The notes beneath the pieces were generated by a model. It did no database searches. It was not told where the DNA came from and saw only the letters and a program-made list of their open reading frames with translations. DNA of 64,000 bases from Nitrospinaceae bacterium (GTDB taxonomy: Bacteria; Nitrospinota; Nitrospinia; Nitrospinales; Nitrospinaceae), in NCBI GenBank assembly GCA_965223665.1, contig OZ245011.1, positions 1,472,001 through 1,536,000 of the forward strand, read 5' to 3'. The position numbers were made by a program, and so were the translations under genes. This document shows positions 30,575-40,817 of this stretch, piece by piece. The stretch's first letter is position 1. Each line of letters starts with the position of its first letter.

Positions 30575-31312
30575 TCAGTTTGGGAGTTCGAACATCAGTG
30601 AGGTCGAATGCACTATTTTATCACTCCTGCCGTCAACCGAGGGTTCATCTGCACTGGCTGTAATCACCTGGGTTCCTCCATGCCGGATTCGAAGGTTGAT
30701 CCGCCCATCTTTGCCGGTGACTCCACGCGGGTCACCATCGTATGCGACTGTGACTCCTGCACGTGGCTTTCCCCTCCAGGTCACCTGCAAGCGAAGCTTG
30801 TCGCCCGGCTCCAGTTGGAATGGATCAGTTGTGCTTACCAACTCCAGTCCCTGAGAAATGGGCAGTGAAAGTGCTTCCGACCAGGTCTCCAACCTTTTCA
30901 GGACTTCAATGGACTGCCAGCTTCTTAAGGAGCTAATGATCTCCTCACGCGGTTGGTCCGTGATACCCGCCTGAGTTTGCAACCAGATACCGGTGTCTGC
31001 TTCGACAAGAATACATGCGCAAGGCCCGGCAATACGCACCGGGTAGGTTCTGGAAAATTCTGTATGAAGTATTTCTCCTGTTTGGCTGGCGCAAATCACC
31101 TGTTCTACTATTGAGGGATCGTAAGGGACAAAGGCTTCTCCTTTATGTTGAGAAGAATGGTGTCCGTTATAAAAGAGGTAGTCCTCGCCCTTTTTTTCAA
31201 GCCAATAGTCGTGAGCCGTTGCGGAACTTACGGTCAGCAGCAGAAAGATTATATTCAGAAAAAAGTTTTTTAAAAGGGCTTTGAAAGATTGATTGGTCAT
31301 GTCACTGTTCAT
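30575..31312 (-). CDS. DUF4198-family periplasmic metal (Ni/Co) uptake protein
   Basis: Signal peptide then AHDYWL, YNGH, GLELV...P, GKP...V, T..DG. Confidence 0.8.
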   Translation of the reverse strand: MNSDMTNQSFKALLKNFFLNIIFLLLTVSSATAHDYWLEKKGEDYLFYNGHHSSQHKGEAFVPYDPSIVEQVICASQTGEILHTEFSRTYPVRIAGPCACILVEADTGIWLQTQAGITDQPREEIISSLRSWQSIEVLKRLETWSEALSLPISQGLELVSTTDPFQLEPGDKLRLQVTWRGKPRAGVTVAYDGDPRGVTGKDGRINLRIRHGGTQVITASADEPSVDGRSDKIVHSTSLMFELPN

Positions 31313-31487
31313 TAATATAACACCCTTTAAAAGGAACTCCATTTTTTTGTAGGATGGCTATTCAGGATTTCCCTAAGGGACGGCAAGGTGACCCGGGGGC
31401 TGCATAAATAAACCTGGAAGCGGAAACTTTGCAGTAAAGATTGTATTCCCTGTTTCATGCGCTGAATGCAATTCTTCTATTTAACTC

Positions 31488-31515
31488 TTGATAATAAAAG
31501 AAAATTTTATATAAT
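31488..31515 (+). promoter_or_regulatory. sigma70-type promoter giving a probably leaderless mRNA
   Basis: TTGATA-N16-TATAAT, ending 7 nt before the A of ATG 31522; no RBS. Confidence 0.55.
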
Positions 31516-31521
31516 CCGCCA

Positions 31522-31974
31522 ATGCGAAAAGTAACCTCACAAATTTTCTGCGCTTTTTTAATGCTTCTTCTCTGGGCATCCGGAGCGGTTGCGTCTACTT
31601 CGCATCACCATAAAGGCATGGGCTCTGCCCTGGAAAGCCATTCTCCTTTTCATCAGCATCAAGCGAGTGGTTCTGCTGTGGAAAGTGAAAATGACCACCG
31701 GCGGCTTTGTCGATTAAAACATCATCAGAAGGGACTGCCCTGTCCGCATGAAAAAAAGCACATACCAGGAGAAGGGCTTGCCATCGGAACTGATTGTGGA
31801 GGAATGCCTTCCGGGTCCTTTCCTATCTCTGTGGATTTTTCAAAAAATCTCTTTTTTGATTTAAACCTGTCTTTATTTGGCTGCAATGAAAATTCAGCCG
31901 ATTGGGTTCTTTATACTTCAACCTATACATTCTCTCTTTCTCATCCCATCGACCACCCTCCGAAGTTTCTCTAG
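31522..31974 (+). CDS. His/Cys-rich secreted leader protein ending in DHPP (DUF2946-like candidate arrest peptide)
   Basis: Signal peptide, HHH/HQHQ/CRLKHH...CPH, C-terminal HPIDHPPKFL; upstream of a TonB receptor. Confidence 0.65.
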   Translation: MRKVTSQIFCAFLMLLLWASGAVASTSHHHKGMGSALESHSPFHQHQASGSAVESENDHRRLCRLKHHQKGLPCPHEKKHIPGEGLAIGTDCGGMPSGSFPISVDFSKNLFFDLNLSLFGCNENSADWVLYTSTYTFSLSHPIDHPPKFL

Positions 31975-32242
31975 TTTTTCTCTCGTTTTTATTTTCCAAA
32001 AATTCCATGAGTTCATTTTGATTTTTGAAGTGCGCTGACTTCTATGGGTGTGGTCCATTACCCTTCTGTGCAATCCATTGCCATTCGAATCGTATTGTCC
32101 TCATGTGTCGGCCACACTTGAAAGAAACGTGAAACTGGAATTTTTGAAAAGATGTGTTGCTTCGGCTGCCAGCCCTGCAACTCATTTAATTCCCAAAAAA
32201 CATTTTCCTATTTACGGAATAGAAAGAAGAAAGGCTAGTTTC

Positions 32243-34414
32243 ATGAAAACTATGGGGAGGATATCCATCAAACTGATAGCGATCTGTGCTTTATTCAACC
32301 TTCTGATCGTCCAGACTGCTTTTACGGAGGAAAAGGATAAACCGCAGAAATTAACAGAAGAAAAAGTTAAACCGCAGAAATTAAAGGAAGTTCTTGTTCA
32401 GGCTCAAAAAGCCGATCTTAAAGAAACCAAAGGAACCGCCATTGGAACTTATGAACAAAAGAAAGGAACGCTCACGGTTCCAAGCAACTACGAAGCTGCA
32501 AAAATAATTGAGCGCACTGCGGGTGGTGCGGCGGTTGTAGACAGCAAGGCTTTTGATAAAAATTTCAGTGTAAACTTTCAAGACACGTTGTCCTTTGTGC
32601 CCGGGGTGTTTGCGAGAAAACGATTTGCGGAAGAAGTGCGAATTTCCATCAGAGGTTCCGGCATAGAGCGGAACTTTCACCAAAAAGGACTCGCAACCTT
32701 TCAGGATGGTATTCCCTTTAATGCCGCCGACAGCAGTGGCGACTTTCAGGAAATCGATAACTTAGCCCTGCAGCGAATCGAGGTGTTCAAGGGAGGTAAT
32801 GGATTGCAGTTTGGCGGAACTTCTCTGGGGGGTTCCATCAATATGATATCCAAGACGGCCCACAGCCAACCCGGCCATTTAGTTCGTTTTGAAGTGGGTT
32901 CCGATGACACGGTGCGGGCGGTTTTTCAAACCGGTCAGTTTTTCAATAAGTCCGATTTGTTTATCAGTTTGTCCGGGTTGAAAAGTGACGAGTATCGGGA
33001 TCATGCCGATCAGGAGAATGTGAAATTTAATTCCAACCTGGGAATTCGTCTTTCTCAATCCACGGAAACCCGGTTTTATGTATCAGCCAACTATATCAAC
33101 CAGGAGTTGCCCGGAACGGTCCCTCTTGCCCAGGCATTAAACTCTCCCAGGTCTGCAAGTACGAATCCTTTTAATAATGTAATTACGAGTGATCAGCATC
33201 GGGATATCAACTCTCTCCGGCTTGCCAATAAAACCACGTTTGATCTGGGAGGAGGACACCTTCTGGACGTTTCAGTCTATGCGGTAGCCAAAGACCTGTT
33301 TCATCCCATTTTACCGTTTGTCGGCGTGATTGATCAGCAAAGCATCAATTATGGCATCAATGTACAAGGATCCGGAAAATACACAGTCGCGGGTTTTATG
33401 AATCAGTACCGGTTGGGCGTAACCACTCAATTGGGAAGAACGGATGCCAAGGTATTTGCCAACGTGGGAGGCCGGTCCGGCGCTTTGACCGGTGATACTG
33501 ACCAGGACGCAAAAAATGTGGTTGTATTTGGTGAAAACCAGTTTTTCATCACCCCCAAATTAGCTCTGATCTTTGGGGCGCAGTTTTCCTGGTCGTATCG
33601 CAAGGTGCAGGATCAATTCACTACATTCGCAACCAACAGTCAATCCTTCACATCCTTTAACCCGAGATTTGGTGTTCTGTACCAGCATTCAGATACCATC
33701 CAGTTTTTCACTAACATTACCAAAAGTTTCGAGCCGCCGGATTTCAGCGATTTGACGCAGGGCGGCACAGCAGCGTTTATTCCTCTCAATGCTCAAGAAG
33801 CCTGGACGTTCGAAATCGGTACCCGCGGTCAAAAGGGAATTTTTAATTGGGAACTGATTTTTTACCGGGCATGGGTTAATGATGAAATATTAAAGTTTAC
33901 CGTAGGCGCAGGGATCCCGGCTACAGGATTCAATGCTGACGATACCATTCATCAAGGTGTTGAGTTCGGATTTGGAGTCATTTTGGCTCAAAACCTGCTA
34001 AGTGGTGGAGATGAGTTGAGATGGAGAAACTCTTATACCTACAGTGACTTCAATTTCGATGGGGATATGCAATTTGGGGATAACACCATTCCCGGAGTTC
34101 CCCCGCATGTGTATCAGACTGAACTGCGCTATACCCATCGCGCTCACTGGTTTGTTGCAATAAACGCCGATTTCGTAAGTGATGTGAATGTAGATTTTAC
34201 GAACACATTTGTAGCACCGGGATATGGAATTATGGGATTTGCAGCCGGCTATGATGTGAACAAAAACGTAAGCCTATTTGTTACCGGCCGCAATGTCTTT
34301 AACAAGGCTTATATCTCCAACTTTTCAACAGCAGTAACCGCAACCGCTGCTTCGGCACTTTTTTATGCCGGTGACGGATCGCGTTATTTTGGCGGTGTGA
34401 CTGTAAGATTCTAA
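32243..34414 (+). CDS. TonB-dependent receptor
   Basis: Plug motifs SIRGSG, DGIP, RIEVFKG...GGSIN; C-terminal GVTVRF; 30-bp tandem repeat TEEKDKPQKL/TEEKVKPQKL. Confidence 0.93.
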   Translation: MKTMGRISIKLIAICALFNLLIVQTAFTEEKDKPQKLTEEKVKPQKLKEVLVQAQKADLKETKGTAIGTYEQKKGTLTVPSNYEAAKIIERTAGGAAVVDSKAFDKNFSVNFQDTLSFVPGVFARKRFAEEVRISIRGSGIERNFHQKGLATFQDGIPFNAADSSGDFQEIDNLALQRIEVFKGGNGLQFGGTSLGGSINMISKTAHSQPGHLVRFEVGSDDTVRAVFQTGQFFNKSDLFISLSGLKSDEYRDHADQENVKFNSNLGIRLSQSTETRFYVSANYINQELPGTVPLAQALNSPRSASTNPFNNVITSDQHRDINSLRLANKTTFDLGGGHLLDVSVYAVAKDLFHPILPFVGVIDQQSINYGINVQGSGKYTVAGFMNQYRLGVTTQLGRTDAKVFANVGGRSGALTGDTDQDAKNVVVFGENQFFITPKLALIFGAQFSWSYRKVQDQFTTFATNSQSFTSFNPRFGVLYQHSDTIQFFTNITKSFEPPDFSDLTQGGTAAFIPLNAQEAWTFEIGTRGQKGIFNWELIFYRAWVNDEILKFTVGAGIPATGFNADDTIHQGVEFGFGVILAQNLLSGGDELRWRNSYTYSDFNFDGDMQFGDNTIPGVPPHVYQTELRYTHRAHWFVAINADFVSDVNVDFTNTFVAPGYGIMGFAAGYDVNKNVSLFVTGRNVFNKAYISNFSTAVTATAASALFYAGDGSRYFGGVTVRF

Positions 34415-34500
34415 CTGTATTTATGCAGGTTGATGGTCATTGGAAGGTCTTTGTTGTTTTTCCAATGGCCATCAATTTCAAAAAAGAAAGGAAACGAATC

Positions 34501-35814
34501 ATGCGAATTTCTGAAAAAATTCACCTGGTTCTTGCTCTGTTTACTCTTTGCCTGTGCATTTCCTGTTCAAGCGGCATTAAAAAAACTTCAAGTCCCGTTT
34601 CTAAAGCAACTGGTGATTTAGCAGATCTGGAATCCAACAAACATCTAGCCGCGTGGGAATCCCAACCCCGTGTCGTGGGTCAGGGGAGTGGTCTTCAGCT
34701 TTTGTTGAAGGCATCAGAAGGAATGAGTTTCATCTACGCGGCAAGCAAGGAGAAAGGGGGACAGGATCTTTTGTACCTGAGTTCTCACAATATGGCTGAC
34801 ACGTTTTCCAAGTCGTACGCCATTAACCAGGTTCCCGGAGAAGTCAGCGCCCATGGGGAAAACAACCCATTGTTGAAACCAGGAGTTGGAATCGGAATGT
34901 ATGCCCTCTGGGGAGGAAGCGGTAACCTCAAGTTTGCGCGTTCCATGAATTTTGGCCGCAGTTTTTCCGAACCGATCGTTGTGAATGATGAGGTGGGTCA
35001 TGCTTATCATTCCTTCCAAACCATGGAAGTCGCACCGGATGGAACTATTTATGTGGCCTGGTTGGATGGAAGAGATAAGGAAACCAATCCACCCGGAACC
35101 GGATCACTCTATATCTCGAAATCGGTAGATCAAGGCGCGACTTTTGGAAAGAACATCAAAGTTTCCGGAGCCATCTGTCCCTGTTGTCGTCCCGCTCTTG
35201 CTTTTGATGAAACCGGTAGAGTTTATATTTCCTGGCGTCACGTCTATGAAGGTCACAATCGAATCATTGTTGTGGCCACCTCCGAAGACAAGGGAGAAAC
35301 CTGGTCCGAAAAAACCAAAGTCACCGAGCAGGGCTGGAAAATAAATGGCTGCGCTCATTCAGGACCTGCAATGGCTTATGCCAACGGAAATTTGTTTCTG
35401 GTCTGGTATACCGGGGCGGACAACAAGGCCAGTTTGCAAGCGGCAATATCTTCCGATTCGGGCAAGAGTTTTCGTAATTTGGGAGAAATCCAGGGAAACG
35501 TTTTGGATGCTAACCACCCGTCCATCGAAATGAATGGGGATGAAGCCTGGGTTATATTTCAGGGACGCGATCCGAACCTGGAGGATGGTTGGGGTACCAC
35601 TCGGCCCTGGCTCACGAAAATTACGTCCTCCGGCGAAACCTACTCTCCACAGGTGATACCCTCCACCGGAGAAAGTGTGGCTTATCCACAGCTTTTTCTC
35701 GGAACCGGGAGCAGAATTTACGCCACATGGACGGAACTTACGAGTAACGGACATAAAGCGGTTCTCTGTCGAGGCCGAATGGGAACTTTCGCCCAAATGA
35801 AAAATAGAAAATGA
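34501..35814 (+). CDS. BNR/sialidase-like beta-propeller lipoprotein
   Basis: Asp-boxes SVDQGATF, SEDKGETW, SSDSGKSF; CPCCRP and WKINGCAHSGP motifs. Confidence 0.82.
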   Translation: MRISEKIHLVLALFTLCLCISCSSGIKKTSSPVSKATGDLADLESNKHLAAWESQPRVVGQGSGLQLLLKASEGMSFIYAASKEKGGQDLLYLSSHNMADTFSKSYAINQVPGEVSAHGENNPLLKPGVGIGMYALWGGSGNLKFARSMNFGRSFSEPIVVNDEVGHAYHSFQTMEVAPDGTIYVAWLDGRDKETNPPGTGSLYISKSVDQGATFGKNIKVSGAICPCCRPALAFDETGRVYISWRHVYEGHNRIIVVATSEDKGETWSEKTKVTEQGWKINGCAHSGPAMAYANGNLFLVWYTGADNKASLQAAISSDSGKSFRNLGEIQGNVLDANHPSIEMNGDEAWVIFQGRDPNLEDGWGTTRPWLTKITSSGETYSPQVIPSTGESVAYPQLFLGTGSRIYATWTELTSNGHKAVLCRGRMGTFAQMKNRK

Positions 35815-35860
35815 AAAATAATTACCTGTATGAACAAAACGTTTCACATTACTCCAAAAA

Positions 35861-35907
35861 AAAGCAGGCAATTCAACTCAGAGAAAACTAAGTGAATTGC
35901 CTGCTTT
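35861..35907 (-). terminator. intrinsic terminator of icd (possibly bidirectional)
   Basis: 15-bp stem AAAGCAGGCAATTCA/TGAATTGCCTGCTTT with A-tract 35856-35863. Confidence 0.75.
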
Positions 35908-35961
35908 GGAACAGGTTTAGGTTAAAAAAACTCTATAGGTACTTACAAAAAAACAACAAAC

Positions 35962-38211
35962 TCAGGCCATTGCTTTTTGATTCAAGGCCTCTAAAATTTT
36001 ATTGAAAGTAGCGCTCGGACGCATTGCAGCTCCAACTTTTTCTGGATCGGGATGGTAATACCCGCCCAGATCGATGGCCTTGCCTTTTGCTGCGTTTAGC
36101 TCTTCGAAAATTTTATCCAGTTGAGATTCGAGCTCTTCCGCGACAGGCGTAAACTGGGCTTTAAGTTCCGGATCGTCGTTTTGTGCGGCTAACTCCTGCG
36201 CCCAGTAAAGCGTTTCGTAAACATGTGTTCCCGCATTATCCAACTGTCCAAGCTCGCGTCCCGGGGACTTCTTGTTTTCCATCAATTTACCCGTTGCGCG
36301 ATCCAAAGTTTCTGCCAGGACTTTCGCTTTGGCATTATTTTTTACCCGGCTTAAATGCGCGAACGACTCAGACAGCGCCAGGAATTCGCCTAACGATTCC
36401 CATCGCAGATGACCTTCTTTCATAAACTGTTGAACGTGCTTGGGAGCGGAACCTCCGGCTCCGGTCTCAAAAAGACCACCGCCGTTAATCAATGGAACGA
36501 TAGACAACATTTTTGCGCTGGTGCCTAATTCCAGGATGGGAAACAAGTCGGTGAGATAATCCCGCAAAACGTTTCCGGTAGCGGAAATGGTATCCTTACC
36601 TTCCTTCGCACGTTGTAAGGAAAATTTCATAGCGTCTACAGGGGACATAATTTGAATATCCAATCCATTCGTATCATGGTCCTTCAAGTAAACGTCCAAT
36701 TTTTTAATTAACTCAGCGTCATGGGCTCGGTCTTTATTCAACCAGAAAACGACCGGTGTATCAGACAACCGAGCTCGGGTTACCGCAAGCTTAACCCAAT
36801 CCTGAACAGGAATATCCTTTACGGTACAAACTCTGTAAAGATCGCCCGTTTCGACGGGGTGCTCAATCAGGGTGTTGCCCGCACCATCGATAAGTTTAAT
36901 CGTTCCATCACCCGGAGCTTCAAACGTCTTGTCGTGAGATCCATATTCCTCAGCCTTTTGCGCCATAAGGCCGACATTCGGTACGGTGCCCATAGTGGTT
37001 GGATCAAACGCTCCATTTTCACGGCAAAAATCAATGGCCGCTTGATAAATACCGGCATAACTACTCTCCGGAATCAGGGCTAACGTATCGTATTCTTTAC
37101 CATCCGGACCCCACATTTTTCCAGAGTTACGAATGGCCGCGGCCATAGAAGCGTCGATAATGATATCGCTCGGAACGTGCAGATTGGTAATCCCTTTGTC
37201 TGAATCCACCATGGCCATAGTCGGGCCATTGTCCAGACAAGCTTGAAGATCGGCTTCGATTTCCTTTTGTTTATCTTCGGGCAAACTCTTAATCTTTGCG
37301 TACACGTCGCCCAGGCCGTTATTCGGGTTCACTCCTATTTCCTTAAAGGTGTCGGCATGCTTTTGGAAAGCGTCCTCAAAGAATACGGTCACGCAATGAC
37401 CAAAGATGATCGGATCAGAAACTTTCATCATTGTGGCTTTCATATGTAAAGAGAATAAAACACCTTCGTCTTTGGCCCTTTGTATAGAATCTTTCATGAA
37501 TTGACGTAAAGCCTTTACACTCATTTTGGTAGCATCGACCACAGCGCCCTTATCCAGAGGAACATTGTCTTTTAAAACTTTTGCATTTCCATCCTGGCCC
37601 ACAAACTCGATTCTGCCTTTCCCGGCAGATGCTTCTGTTATGGTTGTAGCTTTCTCATTGGAGCGGAAATCGTTACCATCCATATGAGCAACATTGGTCT
37701 TGGAATCCTTTGCCCAGGCTCCCATTTTATGAGGATTGCTCTTTGCATAATTTTTAACCGAAGTCGCGGCTCGACGATCCGAATTGCCCTGTCTTAAGAC
37801 AGGATTCACCGCGCTTCCCTTACAAACATCATATTTCGCTTTGATTTCTTTTTCTTCGTCGGTTTGAGGGTCTTCGGGGTAATCCGGAAGGTTGTAACCT
37901 TGCTCCCTGAGCTCTTCAATCACAGCCTTAATCTGAGGTACGGATGCACTGATGTTGGGAAGTTTGATTACATTCGCATTGGGGTCTAATACGATCTCTC
38001 CCAACAACGCTAAGTCGTCGGGTTGCTTTTGATTTTCCTCCAGCCTCTCGGGAAATTGAGAAATTATTCTTCCCGCAAGTGAAATATCCTTTGTTCCTAC
38101 ATCAACCCCCGCCACTCTCGCAAAGGATTTAATAATTGGCAGAAATGACCCACTTGCCAATTCGGGCGCTTCGTCAACTTTGGTGTAAATTATGTCCGGT
38201 TGATTTGCCAT
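35962..38211 (-). CDS. icd: monomeric NADP-dependent isocitrate dehydrogenase
   Basis: [45 protein letters not shown]; 749 aa. Confidence 0.96.
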   Translation of the reverse strand: MANQPDIIYTKVDEAPELASGSFLPIIKSFARVAGVDVGTKDISLAGRIISQFPERLEENQKQPDDLALLGEIVLDPNANVIKLPNISASVPQIKAVIEELREQGYNLPDYPEDPQTDEEKEIKAKYDVCKGSAVNPVLRQGNSDRRAATSVKNYAKSNPHKMGAWAKDSKTNVAHMDGNDFRSNEKATTITEASAGKGRIEFVGQDGNAKVLKDNVPLDKGAVVDATKMSVKALRQFMKDSIQRAKDEGVLFSLHMKATMMKVSDPIIFGHCVTVFFEDAFQKHADTFKEIGVNPNNGLGDVYAKIKSLPEDKQKEIEADLQACLDNGPTMAMVDSDKGITNLHVPSDIIIDASMAAAIRNSGKMWGPDGKEYDTLALIPESSYAGIYQAAIDFCRENGAFDPTTMGTVPNVGLMAQKAEEYGSHDKTFEAPGDGTIKLIDGAGNTLIEHPVETGDLYRVCTVKDIPVQDWVKLAVTRARLSDTPVVFWLNKDRAHDAELIKKLDVYLKDHDTNGLDIQIMSPVDAMKFSLQRAKEGKDTISATGNVLRDYLTDLFPILELGTSAKMLSIVPLINGGGLFETGAGGSAPKHVQQFMKEGHLRWESLGEFLALSESFAHLSRVKNNAKAKVLAETLDRATGKLMENKKSPGRELGQLDNAGTHVYETLYWAQELAAQNDDPELKAQFTPVAEELESQLDKIFEELNAAKGKAIDLGGYYHPDPEKVGAAMRPSATFNKILEALNQKAMA

Positions 38212-38482
38212 TGTTGGTTTTCCTCTAAAAATGTTAAAAGATAAATAAGAACTAATTGAAAAAATTGGGCTTTAAATTTTTATTCTGAAATCCAGAAATT
38301 TGGAAATACATTCACCAATATCTTGACCAAACAAGTCTTTTGGATGAAAAAAGTTTCAAAAAGTTGCAAAAATATTGGAATCGTCAAATTTAAAATTTTT
38401 GGATTTTAATTCAGTTGATTAAGAGGCGTTTTCTAATTTTTTATTCCATTCTTTACAATTTTTCCGGGGGAGAGACAAAGTC

Positions 38483-38582
38483 AAAAAAGCCCGTGCCCCG
38501 AAGGCCCAGGCTTAAAGGGCGGAAAAGGAGGTCCCCCTACTGAAGCTGAGGCGTTGCCTTCACGGCAAGTCAGGTTTGTGTT
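38483..38582 (-). ncRNA. candidate structured RNA ending in an intrinsic terminator, upstream of icd
   Basis: GC-rich patch in an AT-rich spacer: TTGCC-GTGAA-GGCAA hairpin, ACCTCCTTT anti-SD, UUCG-capped stem followed by U6. Confidence 0.45.
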
Positions 38583-38827
38583 GATTTATAGATTGATATT
38601 ATCAAACGATTTGTTTGAAAAATTTTATACGTCTTCATCGAATCCCGTACTTTTGGAATAATGAAGTCGACACGGCAAAGCCATTCCCCCTGAAAAAAAT
38701 AAAAACATATCCTTTATTAAAGACTGAACGGCTTTCCACTATGCCACTCTCTGAATAGGGTGAAAAATTGGGAGAAGGCAAAAGATCCCGAGGGGGTCCT
38801 TGGAGGCCGCCGTTTTTATTTGTTTTT

Positions 38828-38853
38828 AATGTCCGCTTTTGGCCGTTAGTGGT
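38828..38853 (+). repeat. family C short palindrome
   Basis: AATGTCCGCTTTTGGCCGTTAGTGGT. Confidence 0.65.
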
Positions 38854-38888
38854 ATAAAGTTTTCGAGTGAACTGTTGGAGGAAGAATA

Positions 38889-39383
38889 TTGCTCTATTTT
38901 TCGTATGGTTCCAATATGTCTGTCAAAAGACTTCACCAACGAATTTCCTCGGCGAAGAGAGTTGCTGGCGCTGTGCTTTCCAATCATGAATTAAAGTTTC
39001 ATAAAAAAAGCTTTAAGGATGGCTCAGGAAAATGTGATATTGCCGAAACGCCTAATCCGGATAAGAGGGTTTTTGGTGTGATTTTCGACATCGATGTTTC
39101 TGCAAAATTAAAATTAGACCGGATCGAGGGATTGGGTAACGGGTATGAAGAAAAATTGGTAGAAGTAAAATCCATGGAAGGAAATTTTTTGGAAGCCGTT
39201 ACATACTATGCCACCCATATTGACTCCAGTTTAAAACCTTACTCCTGGTATAAGGAGCACGTAATGAGAGGAGCCAAAGAAAACAATTTTCCCGAGGAAT
39301 ACATTCAAAATATTATTGCTGTAAAAACGATTGAAGATCCACAGCCGCAACGCCATGCGGATGAAATGGCAATTTATTTTTAA
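38889..39383 (+). CDS. gamma-glutamylcyclotransferase family protein
   Basis: YFSYGSNM, LDRIEG, PYSWY; GGAGG RBS + TTG. Confidence 0.88.
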   Translation: MLYFSYGSNMSVKRLHQRISSAKRVAGAVLSNHELKFHKKSFKDGSGKCDIAETPNPDKRVFGVIFDIDVSAKLKLDRIEGLGNGYEEKLVEVKSMEGNFLEAVTYYATHIDSSLKPYSWYKEHVMRGAKENNFPEEYIQNIIAVKTIEDPQPQRHADEMAIYF

Positions 39384-39392
39384 CTGACTATA

Positions 39393-39545
39393 AGGGAGCA
39401 CATCTACCTCCCTCTGCAGTTTCTTCTAAAGGCAATCTTTACTTCGGGAAATTTTCTGTGGATTCCGCATTAACACAAACTCATCGATAATTCATTTTGT
39501 CCGCGGGCGCTGGCCCGCTATCTCCGCGGCCCGTGGTAAAACCTC
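39393..39545 (+). repeat. REP/MITE-like repeat family D
   Basis: AGGGAGCACATC, and TTCTGTGGATTCCGCATTAACACAAACTCATCGATAATT...GCGGGCGCTGGCCCGC. Confidence 0.6.
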
Positions 39546-39652
39546 CTTGCCGGATTTGATTAAAAATCCGGTTTTAGGTATAAGGGGTTTATTAGCGATC
39601 CCAGGCGGACCTGAACCATAACTTTAATTTATTAATCAACCGACACAAAACA

Positions 39653-39877
39653 ATGAGCGAACAAAATTTAAATATTTCCTTAACCCAAGATGAAGCCCTG
39701 GTTTTCTATGAAATGATCTCCCGGTTTTCTGGATCGGAAAATTTACCGATTGAGCATCAGGCCGAACTCATAACCTTATGGAACTTAAAGAGCAACCTTG
39801 AAAAAGAATTAAGCGATTCATTAAAATCCAATTATGATGAATCCCTTCAGGCAGCCCGCGATAACATGATGAAGTAA
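39653..39877 (+). CDS. small acidic hypothetical protein
   Basis: LTQDEALVFYE...AE...LW...LEK...Y...AAR pattern; 74 aa. Confidence 0.7.
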   Translation: MSEQNLNISLTQDEALVFYEMISRFSGSENLPIEHQAELITLWNLKSNLEKELSDSLKSNYDESLQAARDNMMK

Positions 39878-39946
39878 CAACGGAAAAATTCTTTCAGGTT
39901 ACGGTTCCCAAAACCAAACACCCACCCCTGCCCGAATGGGTAATAT

Positions 39947-40047
39947 AATACTGGCTACTCTTTTCCCCAGCGAGTGGAAATCACACATCCAAAAAAGCCT
40001 TCCTTATTATCAGTACCTGGACAGTGAAGAACGAAAACGTTAGCCGG
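39947..40047 (+). pseudogene. second, more degenerate 5' fragment of the MtfA-like gene (repeat family B)
   Basis: TTTCCCCAGCGAGTGGAAATCACACATCCAAAAAAGCCTTCCTTATTATCAGTACCTG vs 43889-43946. Confidence 0.85.
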
Positions 40048-40103
40048 AAAACCCGAGGGGGGAAAACCCCGCGGGTTTTACAGGAATGGTTCCACCACAT
40101 GAA

Positions 40104-40676
40104 TTAATATTTTTCAATGACCAGATCGACAGGAAGAGAATTCGACACCGTATCGTAGACCGGGGAAAACAGGGCCAGTTCTTTCAGTTGTTCCGCCGGC
40201 GCTTCGCTTTTGACTTTCATATGGACGCGGATAGCCTGATAACCTTTTCGCACTTCCTGGGAAATCCCCAGAAACCCCCGTGCATCAATATCCCCTTCCG
40301 TTGAAGAAATTATGTCCTTCACCTCAATGCCCCGAACCGCCGCATGCGCCACAAGCGAAGTGGTCAGGCAGGAGGTCAAAGCATGAAGAAGATGTTCCAC
40401 CGGATTGGCGGCGCTTCCCTTCCCTCCCAAAAGAACCGGTTCATCGGCTTCTAATACAAACGGCTTAGGGTACGTGACGGTCTCCCCATAATCGCCGAGA
40501 TATTCTTTGAACTCGCTTCGGTTCGTGGTCCCGCCGGTCCATTGATTTTTTGATTTAAACCGCCACTTCCCGCAGTTCTCATCGGTGCTGACGTTATTGA
40601 CCACACGGTTGACCTTATCAATCTCAATTCCGTTGACGATTTTTGATGTTTGAAGAGTTGCTTGGTTGGTAGACAT
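40104..40676 (-). CDS. OsmC-family protein
   Basis: NGI, DEP..LGG, ANPVEHLLHALTSC, SPVYDT. Confidence 0.88.
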   Translation of the reverse strand: MSTNQATLQTSKIVNGIEIDKVNRVVNNVSTDENCGKWRFKSKNQWTGGTTNRSEFKEYLGDYGETVTYPKPFVLEADEPVLLGGKGSAANPVEHLLHALTSCLTTSLVAHAAVRGIEVKDIISSTEGDIDARGFLGISQEVRKGYQAIRVHMKVKSEAPAEQLKELALFSPVYDTVSNSLPVDLVIEKY

Positions 40677-40761
40677 TTCGATTCTCCTTTTATGTGAATA
40701 TTAACGGGACACAAACGTGCCCAATATTTTTTGAGAATACGTAATGTCTGTTTTTAAGTAT

Positions 40762-40800
40762 ACTGTACGAAATGTAGTAATTAACTACAGAAAACGTAGT
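40762..40800. promoter_or_regulatory. two ACT-N11-AGT boxes between the divergent OsmC and HxlR-type genes
   Basis: ACTGTACGAAATGTAGT (40762-40778) and ACTACAGAAAACGTAGT (40784-40800). Confidence 0.5.
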
Positions 40801-40817
40801 TAAAGGAGTCTTCTAAA

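Noticed and set aside
38516-38575. Glutamine (glnA) riboswitch, suggested by GAAGGCAACGC and GGCGGAA
   Set aside because: The two conserved-looking pieces lie on opposite strands and the 5' CGTT pairing partner is not evident; kept only as an unassigned RNA candidate
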